This document shows positions 10,417-20,322 of a DNA stretch of 64,000 nt, piece by piece. Numbering within the stretch: the first letter of the stretch is position 1; each line of letters begins with the position of its first letter. The notes under the pieces are model-generated. The model had not been told where the DNA came from. It ran no database searches and saw only the letters and a list, made by a program, of their open reading frames with translations. The DNA lies in contig OZ243974.1 of NCBI GenBank assembly GCA_965214775.1, positions 2,016,001 to 2,080,000 on the forward strand. The letters run 5' to 3'. The position numbers were made by a program, and so were the translations under genes. This DNA is from Nitrosopumilus sp. (lineage in GTDB: Archaea; Thermoproteota; Nitrososphaeria; Nitrososphaerales; Nitrosopumilaceae).

Positions 10417-11106
10417 ATGGCAGATGCTACAGTGGTAAGGTATTCCTATGAGGGCGAAAAATTTGAGATACTGGTAAAGCCTGATCCTGCCCTGGACTAC
10501 AAATTGGGAAAGAAAAAAGAGATCTCATCCGTTTTGATCTCAGATGACATTTACACTGATTCTGGAAAAGGCACAAAGCCTTCAACCGAAAAACTGCTAA
10601 AGGCGTTCAAAACTGAGAATGAGACCGAAATCGCAGCAATCATTCTTCAGAAGGGCGACCTGAATCTTACAACTGATCAAAGACGAAAAATGACTGAGGA
10701 GAAGAAAAAGCAGATTGTAGAGTATATCGCAAAAACGTATGTGGATCCAAAGACACACCTGCCCCATCCTCCATTGAGAATTGAGCAGGCAATGAAAGAC
10801 GGCAGGGTTTCTGTGGATTCTCAAAAAAATGTCGGTGAACAAGTCAAGGATATAGTTGACAAACTGCGTTCCATCATTGCCCTAAAATCTGAAAATCTGC
10901 AACTAGACATCACCATTCCTGCACAGTATGCCTCCCAGTCGTATGCCGTTCTAAAATCTGTAGGTTCGCTGAAAAAAGAAGAATGGCAAAACAACGGCTC
11001 GCTAAAAGCAATACTTGAAATACCGGCGGCGGCAAGGCCAAACGTGATAGACAGGTTGGGCTCTATAACCCGGGGATCTGCTTCAGTTGAGGTGGTAACA
11101 CAATAA
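10417..11106 (+). CDS. Ribosome maturation factor SBDS/Sdo1
   Basis: FEILVKPD, PHPPLRIEQAM motifs; head of exosome operon. Confidence 0.95.
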   Translation: MADATVVRYSYEGEKFEILVKPDPALDYKLGKKKEISSVLISDDIYTDSGKGTKPSTEKLLKAFKTENETEIAAIILQKGDLNLTTDQRRKMTEEKKKQIVEYIAKTYVDPKTHLPHPPLRIEQAMKDGRVSVDSQKNVGEQVKDIVDKLRSIIALKSENLQLDITIPAQYASQSYAVLKSVGSLKKEEWQNNGSLKAILEIPAAARPNVIDRLGSITRGSASVEVVTQ

Positions 11107-11786
11107 TGGAAAATAAGAGAAGATACGTCATCCCGGGCGATGTTGTGGCAACAGGCCCGTTTAGACCCGAGCAGAACGTTGTCCTCCAAGGAAGCAAGAT
11201 AGTCTCTACTGCAATTGGAATCTCTGAGATCTACGACGATTCTGTCCGCGTAATTCCCTTGACTGGAAAATACACTCCAAAAATAAATGATCTGGTAATT
11301 GGCAAGGTAATCTCTCACACTTCCCTTTCATGGGAACTAGACATAAATTCGTGCTATGTGGGATTTTTGCCAGCTCAAGACGTCTTTGGCCGTGACTTTT
11401 CTGCCCACGCAGACGAACTTACATCCAAACTGGCTTCCGGGGATCTTGTTGCAGCAAGAATTGCAAATTTTGACAGAACCCGAGATCCTCTTGTCACGAT
11501 TTCTGACAGAGACCTTGGAAAGATTGATTCTGGTGACTTGGTACGGATATCCCCAAGCAAGGTTCCACGCCTAATTGGAAAAAGAGGAACCATGATTCAG
11601 ACAATTGAAATGGCTACCGATGCAGCAATTACAATTGGCCAGAACGGATGGGTTGTAGTCTCTTGCGAGTCTCCAGAGGGATTATTAAAGGCCAAAAAGG
11701 CAATTCAAATGGTCAATGAGAAGGCACACGTTGCTAATTTGACTGATCAAGTGAAAGAAATGTTAGAATCAAAAGGCGAATCATAA
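11106..11786 (+). CDS. rrp4: Exosome component Rrp4
   Basis: VIPGD, S1 (YTPKINDLVIG) and KH (VPRLIGKRG) domains. Confidence 0.95.
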   Translation: MENKRRYVIPGDVVATGPFRPEQNVVLQGSKIVSTAIGISEIYDDSVRVIPLTGKYTPKINDLVIGKVISHTSLSWELDINSCYVGFLPAQDVFGRDFSAHADELTSKLASGDLVAARIANFDRTRDPLVTISDRDLGKIDSGDLVRISPSKVPRLIGKRGTMIQTIEMATDAAITIGQNGWVVVSCESPEGLLKAKKAIQMVNEKAHVANLTDQVKEMLESKGES

Positions 11787-12520
11787 TGGGCGGAAGAGAA
11801 GCAACAACGGTCCTGCTGGACGAAAACGGAATTCGTTGTGATGGACGTAAGGTGGACGAACCGCGACGGATCATGATAAGAGCAGGCGGACTGAAAAACG
11901 CTGATGGCTCAGCCTACATTGAATTTGGCGATAACAAAATCCTAGTCGGAGTGTTTGGCCCGCGTGACGTCCATCCAAAACACATGTCAGATACTGATAC
12001 TGGCATCCTGAGAGTCCGCTACCATATGGAGCCGTTTTCTGTCGGGGAACGAAAAAACCCCGCCCCTTCAAGAAGAGAGATTGAGATTTCCAAAGTCATC
12101 AAGGAGGCACTAGAACCTGCAGTCATGCTGGACAAATTCCCAAGAACCACAGTTGACGTATTTATCGAAGTATTGCAGGCCGATGGCGGAACCAGATGTG
12201 CCGCTTTAACAGCTGCTTCGGTTGCCTTGGCAGATGCGGGAATTCCAATGAGGGATCTAGTTGCAGCAATCGCTGCAGGCAAAGTTGCAGATACTGTCAT
12301 TCTTGACGTGAACAATGAGGAGGACCAAGCAGGCCAGGCAGACATGCCGATTGGCTACATGCCAAATCTTCAAAAAGTCACTCTTTTGCAGCTTGACGGG
12401 GTACTAACACCTGAAGAATACAAAAAATGCGTCCAAGTCGGAATCGAAGGCTGCAAGTTGGTTTATGATTTACAAAAGAAGGCACTCAATGACAAGTATT
12501 TTGGAAACGGAGGCAGTTAG
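11786..12520 (+). CDS. rrp41: Exosome component Rrp41
   Basis: RCDGR, ADGSAY, VLQADGGTR RNase PH motifs. Confidence 0.96.
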   Translation: MGGREATTVLLDENGIRCDGRKVDEPRRIMIRAGGLKNADGSAYIEFGDNKILVGVFGPRDVHPKHMSDTDTGILRVRYHMEPFSVGERKNPAPSRREIEISKVIKEALEPAVMLDKFPRTTVDVFIEVLQADGGTRCAALTAASVALADAGIPMRDLVAAIAAGKVADTVILDVNNEEDQAGQADMPIGYMPNLQKVTLLQLDGVLTPEEYKKCVQVGIEGCKLVYDLQKKALNDKYFGNGGS

Positions 12521-12522
12521 AA

Positions 12523-13344
12523 ATGGGCTCTCATTCAGTCGTTGACCAATTAAAGAAAAACCAAATCATTGAACTGTTGGAACAAGGCAAACGTGTTGAT
12601 GGAAGGGGGCATGACGAGGCGCGGGATGTCTCGATTCAAACCGATGCGATTCCAAAGGCAAACGGTTCTGCCAGGGTGAGGCTTGGCGATACCGAAGTTG
12701 TATGCGGAATAAAAATTCAGCCAGACAGGCCATTTCCGGACATGGGTGACAAGGGAATCTTCATCTGCACTGCTGAGTTGCTGCCGTTGTCGCATCCCAC
12801 AGTCGAGACAGGCCCTCCGGGACCTGACGTCATTGAATTGGCAAGGGTTGTCGACAGGGGAATCAGGGAGAGCCACATGGTTGATTTGTCCCAACTGGTA
12901 ATCGAGAAGGACAAATCCGTAGTCGGCGTATTTGCCGACAATGTCGTTGTCGATTATGATGGAAACCTGTTTGATGCATGTTCATACGCCACAGCAGCCG
13001 CACTGCTTTCTTCCCAAACCCCAAAATGGAATATGACAGATGACGTGCCGACCTTGGCCGAAGGCAAAGAGTCCCCCGTACCTATTACCACAATTCCTGT
13101 CTCAGTCACAATGGGCAAGATCAGAGACCACATCATCGTTGATCCCAACGGCGATGAATGGGATTGCATGGATGCCAGAATCACCATTACTACTGATTCT
13201 GATGGAAACATCTGTGCCTTACAAAAGGGCGGAAACGGCGGATTTACGTTTGAGGAAATCCTCAAGTGCGGCCAGACATCAGTCAAGGTAGGCTCGCAAA
13301 TAAGGGAAAAATTAAGGGCAGTCCAGTCCGGAGACCAGCGGTAA
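12523..13344 (+). CDS. rrp42: Exosome component Rrp42
   Basis: RVDGR, ANGSA, ELARVVDRGIRES, DYDGNLFDA. Confidence 0.96.
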   Translation: MGSHSVVDQLKKNQIIELLEQGKRVDGRGHDEARDVSIQTDAIPKANGSARVRLGDTEVVCGIKIQPDRPFPDMGDKGIFICTAELLPLSHPTVETGPPGPDVIELARVVDRGIRESHMVDLSQLVIEKDKSVVGVFADNVVVDYDGNLFDACSYATAAALLSSQTPKWNMTDDVPTLAEGKESPVPITTIPVSVTMGKIRDHIIVDPNGDEWDCMDARITITTDSDGNICALQKGGNGGFTFEEILKCGQTSVKVGSQIREKLRAVQSGDQR

Positions 13345-13345
13345 A

Positions 13346-13558
13346 ATGGCAAAAGGCAAGAAATCCCTAAAAGGCCTGGGTGCAAGATACGGAATCAAGA
13401 TAAGAAAGCAATATACCAAGATTCATCTGCAGCTAAAGGAAAAACGGGCGTGTCCTGAATGTGGCTCAAAGACGCTTGGCAGGGACGCAGTTGGAATCTG
13501 GTCATGTAAAAAATGCAGCTACAAGGTGGCTGGTACTGCATATGACGTTAAGCTATAA
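13346..13558 (+). CDS. rpl37ae: 50S ribosomal protein L37Ae (eL43)
   Basis: GARYG, CPECG...GIWSCKKC zinc ribbon. Confidence 0.95.
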   Translation: MAKGKKSLKGLGARYGIKIRKQYTKIHLQLKEKRACPECGSKTLGRDAVGIWSCKKCSYKVAGTAYDVKL

Positions 13559-13787
13559 GGCAAAAATTATTGTCGATGCAAAAGACAAGACACAGGCAAT
13601 TTTTGACTCGGTAAATACCGATAACGAGTTTTATCCGGAAAACCCCGTCAGGACAAAAATCGAGCTTGGCAAGACGCTGGCCATCTCAGTCGAGTCAGAT
13701 CACCTGCCTCATCTGCGCGCAAACCTGAATTCGACGCTGAGGCTGATCCAGGCAAGCCATGAAACCATTGAATCGGTAAAGATATAA
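13542..13787 (+). CDS. pcc1: KEOPS subunit Pcc1-like
   Basis: LRANLNSTLRL motif; conserved position before prefoldin beta. Confidence 0.8.
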   Translation: MTLSYKAKIIVDAKDKTQAIFDSVNTDNEFYPENPVRTKIELGKTLAISVESDHLPHLRANLNSTLRLIQASHETIESVKI

Positions 13788-13811
13788 CGAAACGATCTTT
13801 TCTGATAAATC

Positions 13812-14225
13812 ATGTCATCAGGACAAATGCCCCCGTGGCTCCAAGAACAGCTAATGAAGATGCAGCAAATACAGCAAAACCTTCAGTCTATCCTGACTCA
13901 GAAGCAGCATCTCGAAATTGAAAAAGCCGAGACCCAAAAGGCATTGGAGGAACTCCGAAAGGCAGGTGACGGTGATGCCGTATTCAAGCATGCAGGGGCA
14001 GTCTTGGTAAAATCCACAAAGCAAGAAATGATTGACGAGCTTGAGGAAAAGCAGGAGCTGGCAAAAACTAGGGCGACTGTGCTTGAAAAACAAGAGGAGC
14101 GCGTCAAGGAAACCCTCAAAGAGCAGGAGGCAAAAATCACCGAACTGATGAAAGGCAAGAATGCAGGCGCTTCTACTTCTACTACTACTCCACCTGCTTC
14201 TGCAGAGGAAAACCCCCGAAGATAG
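13812..14225 (+). CDS. pfdB: Prefoldin beta subunit
   Basis: Coiled coil-beta hairpin (VFKHAGAVLVK)-coiled coil. Confidence 0.93.
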   Translation: MSSGQMPPWLQEQLMKMQQIQQNLQSILTQKQHLEIEKAETQKALEELRKAGDGDAVFKHAGAVLVKSTKQEMIDELEEKQELAKTRATVLEKQEERVKETLKEQEAKITELMKGKNAGASTSTTTPPASAEENPRR

Positions 14226-14332
14226 CTTCATTCAAAGATATTCCGCCAAGATCAACTGGCTGAAATTTTGTAACCATATCAGTAGACGCTATATGAAATC
14301 TTATCTGTATCCTGTGATATACTATTACTGTT

Positions 14333-14450
14333 GGGCCTGAGAGTCGATCGGAACTTACCATGTACAAGGGTGTTCAGTAGACTGACTCGTAACAGCAGGC
14401 GGAAAGCAATGTACCGCGCAGAAGACGGTGAATGGAAGATTCCGCCCGGA
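14333..14450 (+). ncRNA. Predicted bridge RNA of IS110-B
   Basis: GAGUC/GACUC stem enclosing AUCGGAACU (14347-55) and UCAGUAG (14374-80); GCGGAA/UUCCGC stem enclosing donor-like AUGGAAGA. Confidence 0.78.
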
Positions 14451-14482
14451 TCAGGCATTTTGATCAGAAAGGAGGTGATAAC

Positions 14483-15562
14483 ATGATCAGCGTAGGAATA
14501 GACGTACACAAAAAGACATGCGTTGCAGCAGTAAAGGATGACTCTGGCAAGCTGCTAGAGCGATCCAAGTTTGAGAACAGCGTTTTGGCAACAACGAATT
14601 TTGCAACATATCTCAAGGAACAATACTGCGGACAGCTGCCAATAAAGGCAGTATGCGAGTCCACTGCCAACTACTGGATTATCGTACATGACACGCTTGA
14701 GGACTGCGGGATAGACACCGTGCTGGTGCATCCGGCAAAGGTCAAGGTGATAGCGCACGCCAAGATAAAGGACGACCGCGTAGATGCAAATATACTTGCC
14801 GACCTGCTCAGAGCAGACATGCTGCCAGAGTCGTTTGTGCCTGACAAGCACTACAGGGACCTCAGAATGCTGGGCAGGACCAGAACCGGCAAGACGGCAG
14901 AAGCCACCAGATGCAAGAACAAGATACACGCCATACTTGCAAAGTATGACTATGACCTGCCCACGCACAGCACGTTTACGATTTCTGCCATACAGCACAT
15001 CCAAGACGGGATAAAAATGTCAGAGATTGACGCGGCAACTGTGAAGATGTACCTTGATGACATCAAGAGGATACAGGATCAGATAAGGGATCTGGAGCGC
15101 AGCATTGCCTCTGTATCCGAAAGCGATACGAGGGCCAAGACGATTATGACCATGCCTGGAATAAGCCATGTCATTGCACTGACGATAATCTCTGAGATAG
15201 TCGATGTCAAGAGGTTTGCCACTCCAGAGAAGCTCGTCTCGTATGCAGGGCTGACTCCCTCGCGCAGGGACAGCGCAGACAGACACAAAGGAGGCGGCAT
15301 AACAAAGCAGGGATCCGTGTGGCTGCGCCAGGCCATGGTCAACTCGGCCACAGTCGCAGTACGAAACGACCCAAGGCTTGGTTCGATATATGAAAGGATA
15401 GGAAAGAGACGTGGATGGCAAAAGGCAAAGATTGCAGTTGCAAGACACATGCTGGAGATAATCTGGCACATGCTGACAACCGAAGAGGAGTACCGCACTC
15501 AGAACAAGGCTCTCACGCAGAGAAAGTATAAGAGGATGCATCGCATAGCAACATTGTCCTGA
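14483..15562 (+). CDS. IS110 DEDD recombinase/transposase
   Basis: SD GGAGGTGA; VGIDVHK, CESTA, KDDRVDA, MPGI, AGLTPSRRDS. Confidence 0.95.
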   Translation: MISVGIDVHKKTCVAAVKDDSGKLLERSKFENSVLATTNFATYLKEQYCGQLPIKAVCESTANYWIIVHDTLEDCGIDTVLVHPAKVKVIAHAKIKDDRVDANILADLLRADMLPESFVPDKHYRDLRMLGRTRTGKTAEATRCKNKIHAILAKYDYDLPTHSTFTISAIQHIQDGIKMSEIDAATVKMYLDDIKRIQDQIRDLERSIASVSESDTRAKTIMTMPGISHVIALTIISEIVDVKRFATPEKLVSYAGLTPSRRDSADRHKGGGITKQGSVWLRQAMVNSATVAVRNDPRLGSIYERIGKRRGWQKAKIAVARHMLEIIWHMLTTEEEYRTQNKALTQRKYKRMHRIATLS

Positions 15563-15627
15563 TTCGGAACATCACGCTGGCAAGGGTCCACGGTAGGATT
15601 AGGTACGATTTCATATGGGAGTTCCTA

Positions 15628-16721
15628 TACTGACGATCATTGAAAATTTCGCCTGATTACACGTCTTGTGAAGGTTTATAGATCTCCGCCATGGCCATTC
15701 TGACATGAACAAGACGAAAATCCTCACGGATGCCATGCGTGTGGAAAAGGATAACAGGGTTTATACCAGAATCCTGGCGGTGCGCTCCGTACTGCTTGGC
15801 AACACCACTGCACAGACCGCAGAGATTGCCGACGTGACACAGCGTACCGTACAGATATGGGTCGAGAGGTTTGAGCTTGACGGCGTTGACGGTCTCCGTG
15901 ACTCCCACAACAGGGGCAAAAAGCCAAAGGTCCCAGTCGGCAGGATAAAAAAGATCGCCATGAGGCTGCGCAGGATGGAAAAGCTCACCCCGAAGAAGAT
16001 GCGCAACTGGGTGCACCGCAAACTGCATGTCACATACAGCGTTGGAAGCATCAGAAGAATCCTGCGCACGATGGGATTCTCGCTAAAGACGTCAACCACC
16101 AAGCTGGCAAATGCTGCCGACGCAAAGGCGGTAAGACGGTGGCAAAGGGAGGCAAAAGACACGATTAGGCTTGCAAAAAGGCGCGGATTCAGGATAACCG
16201 TACAGGACGAGTCGATATTCGTCAGTACGGGAAGGGACGGCAAAAAGTTCTGGTCGCCAGTGGGGGACAGGATCGAGGTGCAACGATCCGGCAGAAGGGA
16301 GCGCGTCGTGGTATACGGAACGGTTGCAGACAACGGAACCAGGCTGATGCGCACATACGACAAGTTCAACAGCATAAACTTTGTGCGTTATCTCAAGCAG
16401 GCGCACAAAAAGTGGGGAAAGGTTCTGATTGTGATGGACAACGCAGCACAGCATAAGACCGAAAGGGTCCGCAAATACCTGGAGAAAAATCCTGACGTTA
16501 TCCTGCTGTACCTGCCGGTAGCTAGGCCGGAGCTGAGCGCCATAGAGCCAATCTGGAAGGATGCCAAGTACATGCTGGTCACATCTGCCTTTTACGATTC
16601 GGTAGATCACCTCAAAAGGGATGTCTCGGAATACTTTAGGACGTGTTCCATCAAGGTTGACATCTACAAATATCTTGAGCGCCGCGTGTAAGGGAGGCGA
16701 AATTTTCAATGATCGTCAGTA
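15628..16721 (+). mobile_element. IS630-family element (complete; transposase 15705-16691)
   Basis: 26-bp TIR TACTGACGATCATTGAAAATTTCGCC, TA flanks; QDES, MDNA..H, PELSAIE.IW. Confidence 0.93.
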
Positions 16722-16723
16722 TA

Positions 16724-16883
16724 GTCCACCTCCCGTCCTTGCTTGTTATCTCGTGCAGGAACGCGGTTCCCGCCGGCAGTTCCTTCCTTCCTTTCATACG
16801 TCTGTATGGGACTGGCAGGATCTTGGATCCTTTGGTTGAAGAAAATCGTCCCTTTTGTGATCAATTGGTAGCCGAGGATACTA
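16724..16883 (-). mobile_element. 5' fragment of IS630 element (22454 family)
   Basis: Homologous to 23440-23588, ends ...GAGGATACTA followed by CG. Confidence 0.85.
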
Positions 16884-17039
16884 CGGAATCTCCCATTCAC
16901 CGCCTGCGCGGCACGTTGCTTTCCGCCTGCTACTGCGAGTCAGCCTACTGAGCACCCTTGTACATGGCAAGTTCCGATCGACTCTCAGGCCCAACAGTAA
17001 TGTTGGATCACAGGATACGGATAAGATTTCATATAGCGT
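16884..17039 (-). mobile_element. Orphan IS110-B left end with bridge RNA (inverted second copy)
   Basis: Reverse complement closely matches 14286-14444; flank CTACTG = CAGTAG target half. Confidence 0.88.
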
Positions 17040-17282
17040 CTACTGAGATGGGCGATTATTTGAGATAGACACGGCGTACGGTTGTAACAGGTCGGGCTCT
17101 GGAAGCTCAGGCGTGAATCTTGCAATCCCGGAGGTCACTAGGGCAGCACCTCCAACCAGCAGGCTGATTTGGAAGAATCACAACACATAAAGATCGTTGG
17201 ATCTGCCTTTCCGGTATTGATCGGGGATCCTAGCATTACGGACGTGGATTGGAACAATCCCGACGTGATCCGCCTGTTTGAA

Positions 17283-17405
17283 CACATGAAGTCCAGGATG
17301 GAGGCAGTTGAAAGAGAAAACCTGCACATGAAGTCCAGGATGGAGGCAGTTGAAAGAGAAAACCTGCACATGAAGTCCAGGATGGAGGCAGTTGAAAGAG
17401 AAAAC
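17283..17405 (+). repeat. 3 x 42-bp in-frame tandem repeat (HMKSRMEAVERENL)
   Basis: Direct reading; N-terminal coiled coil of the IS66 transposase. Confidence 0.93.
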
Positions 17406-17414
17406 GAACAGCTA

Positions 17415-19602
17415 TAGCAATGATCAGAAGTCTTTGAGCCAAAACGGGATCATTCGAAAAGTATATGGATCGCCTAACCGGCGCAATGGCATGGCAAAAG
17501 AAACAGACAAAAGCCTGTCAGAGGCCATGCGCAAAGAAAAGGATGTCAAAGTCTACAAGAAGATCATGGCGCTGATGTTTGTGCTAGAAGACGACGTGGG
17601 CGTGCCTGAGACTGCAAGAAGGGTCCGGTGCAGTGAGAATTCCGTGCGCAGCCGGCCGGCGAGGTTTTCGGAGGACGGCATGGACTGCCTCCGGGATCTT
17701 CCCCGTTCCGGATGCAGGCCAAAGGTGGACAGAGAAAATATTGCCGCCATAATGGACCTGTTCACTGCATGCAAAAGTACCGATGTTATGACGGTACGCG
17801 ATGACATAAGGGATGCCACCGGGACAGAATACAGCACAGGACATGTCCGGAGAATGATGCGCCAGCACGGCCTGTCGCGCCGCAAGGTGCAAAACGTGCA
17901 TGTCAACCATGCCACCCCAAGCTCCGTATACTCGTGGCAACGGTATCTTGAAAACGTGCGGATTCCGTGCCTGAAAAGAGAGGGTTTTACGCTGGTGTCA
18001 TCTGATGAGGCGTTCTTCGTGCAGGGCGCATACGACAGATACGTGTGGGGTCCGGTCGGCACCAGAAGCGTGGCATCATATTCGGTGGACCACACAAAGG
18101 TGGCCGTGTTTGGAAGCATCACAGAAGACGGCAGAAGGCTGTTCAGGACGTTTACGGGATCGTTTAGGTCAGTGCAGTTCATACAATGTCTGGAGGCGTT
18201 GCGCGCCAAGTTTGGCAAGGTTGCCGTCTTTTGCGACAGGTGGAGTGTGCACAGATCTATTGACATCGCAGAATATCTGGCAGGTCATCCCGATATCAGG
18301 CTGATAATGATCCCGAAGGGATCGCCGTACCTCAATATCGTGGAAGAATGCTGGAACCTGGGCAAGCCTGTCGTTTTCAGGGGGATAGTGTACAGGAAAA
18401 TCAGCGAGCTGCGGCACACCATATCCGAGTACTACAGGACGGTGTCGTTTGCCCACCTTAGCATGTTCTATTGTACGAAAATTAGGTCGCACTAATTTGA
18501 GGAGGATTGCAGGGGATTACTTTAGGCTTTACCGATCAAGAAAACCGATGGTTGTAAGGCTCGAGGCAAAGCAGATCAGATACGCAGTGACGCAATGTGC
18601 AGGGGGACGAAAGCCCTCGGAGGTGGCCCCGGAGATAGGCGTCACGACAAGGCACGTCCAGCGGATGTATGCCCGGTTCAGGAAGACAGGCGACACGCAC
18701 CACGTGCCGCTCAAGCCGGGAAGGAAAAAGAGCGCCCCGGTTCCCGACGGGGACGTGCGCGCAGTCCTGGAGGAGTACAAACACAGTGCAGCAGGGGTGG
18801 TTCATACGGCCAAGAGGCTGCGAAGGCAACTCGATATAAGCTACTACGAGGTATACAGGATAATGAAAGAAAACGGGCTGGTGACGCCATCGGCTGCAAA
18901 ATCAATGCCCAGAAAATACGTCCGCTTTGAGCGCAAATACTCCAATGCCATGTGGCACGTGGACTGGCATACCATGAAGGATCCGCGCTTTGCAGGGCTC
19001 AATTTGGTCACGTTCCTAGACGACTCGTCCAGGTGCGTGACTGGTGCGGGCCTGTTCAGGGAGGCCACCTCAGAAAACGTCGTGGCGGTCCTGCGGCAGG
19101 CCGTGGCCCAGTTCGGCGCGCCTGCCACCATACTCTCAGACAACGGCAAGTGCTTTGTCGGGGCGCGCTCGGATCCGAAGAAGAAGAAGAGTCCGCCCAA
19201 GGGCGGATGGAGGCCCACTGCCTTTGAGGAGGAGCTGCTCAACTGCGAAATCGGGCTGATAAACTCCAGGCCGTATCACCCGCAGACCAATGGCAAACTG
19301 GAGAGATTCCACAGGAGCATCGAGGAGGAGATATGGAACCACAAGAGTCTGTCTGCATACATCGACTACTATAACGAGGACAGGCTGCACTGGTCGCTTG
19401 ACATCGACAACTACGAGACGCCGCTGCGGGCATTCTCCGACAGGGAGGCCACAGAAGCGATCAGGAAAAGCAACCCAAGATGGATGGAGGAGGACATTGG
19501 TGATGGTGCGACATAATTTTCATATAATACACCCACCTTAGCATGTACAAGTACATTTACAGATCGCCGGTCAAAGCCCTCAATTACTTGTGACCGTTGC
19601 TA
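17415..19602 (+). mobile_element. IS630-family element (transposase ~17491-18466) interrupted at its 3' end by IS481
   Basis: TIR TAGCAA.G.TCA, TA flanks; SDEA, CDRWSVH, SPYLNIVE. Confidence 0.87.
18467..19531 (+). mobile_element. IS481-family element (transposase 18548-19516)
   Basis: WHVD, LSDNG, YHPQTNGKLERFH; imperfect 26-bp TIR; 15-bp TSD CCCACCTTAGCATGT. Confidence 0.92.
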
Positions 19603-19884
19603 TACGGCACGCGCATCATCGGAATAATCGCGTTTCTCCGCTGCATGTGCCTATCCTTTGAAAGGATCCAGATCATACTGCATACGCTTCACGGTGCATA
19701 CATACCAACGTCCACCATCATCCGTCTGTGCGACGTCTCGGCAACCAGGATGAAGCCCGTATATGACGGCATCCTGGAGGAGATACGGCACTCAGAATCA
19801 GTCGCAGGCGACGAGACAGGCTGGTTTCTCAACGGGACGGGCCACTGGGTATGGGTGCTTGTGACTAAATTTTCGGCATTCTAC

Positions 19885-19995
19885 GTAACAGGTCGGGCTC
19901 TGGAAGTTCAGGCGCGAGTTTTGCCATCTCGGGGAGGCCTCCCATGTAGATTCGTGCCTAAAATCAGGAGCAGCTTCCAGAGCCTGACCTGTTAC
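19885..19995. mobile_element. 111-bp IS66 family-2 MITE inserted in its own parent IS
   Basis: TIR GTAACAGGTC.GGCTCTGGAAG; 8-bp TSD CATTCTAC. Confidence 0.93.
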
Positions 19996-20231
19996 CATTC
20001 TACCACATAGCGCCGTCCCGCTCAGGCGACGTCATAGATTCGCTGATGGCCGCCTTTGAGGGTATCGTATCCTCTGACTCGTATTCTGTGTGGAACCGCA
20101 TCGGCGGCAAGCACCAAAAGTGCCTCCTGCACTACTTTCGGGACATGTACCTGACGCTGGAGAAGAACCCTGGCGCCGAGTACGGCACGCTGTTTTGCAG
20201 GCTCCGCGACATTCTAAAGGACGCAATAGAG

Positions 20232-20322
20232 GTAAGAGTTTACCCCTCAGGCTGTACTACTGGCCGGAGCCTTCATGGTCACGCCTACCACGTCGTATCT
20301 TGGGGGAGGGGTAAACTCTTAC
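20232..20322. mobile_element. 91-bp IS66 family-1 MITE
   Basis: TIR GTAAGAGTTTACCCCTC; 8-bp TSD CAATAGAG; close match to 4138-4228. Confidence 0.93.

Larger units (their letters stand above)
14286..15619 (+). mobile_element. IS110-family element B (complete)
   Basis: Core AG at 14284-85 and 15620-21; sub-terminal IR ATATGAAATC / GATTTCATAT; flanks CAGT|AG|TTCC. Confidence 0.88.

Noticed and set aside
14280-14288. CAGTAGACG as an ISH3 end of the 48824 type making 14280-17045 one element with long TIRs
   Set aside because: Match to the 48824 TIR stops after 9 bp. ACG belongs to the IS110 left end (shared with copies C and D), and the right junction AG|TTCC plus the guide fit the 54002 TIR.
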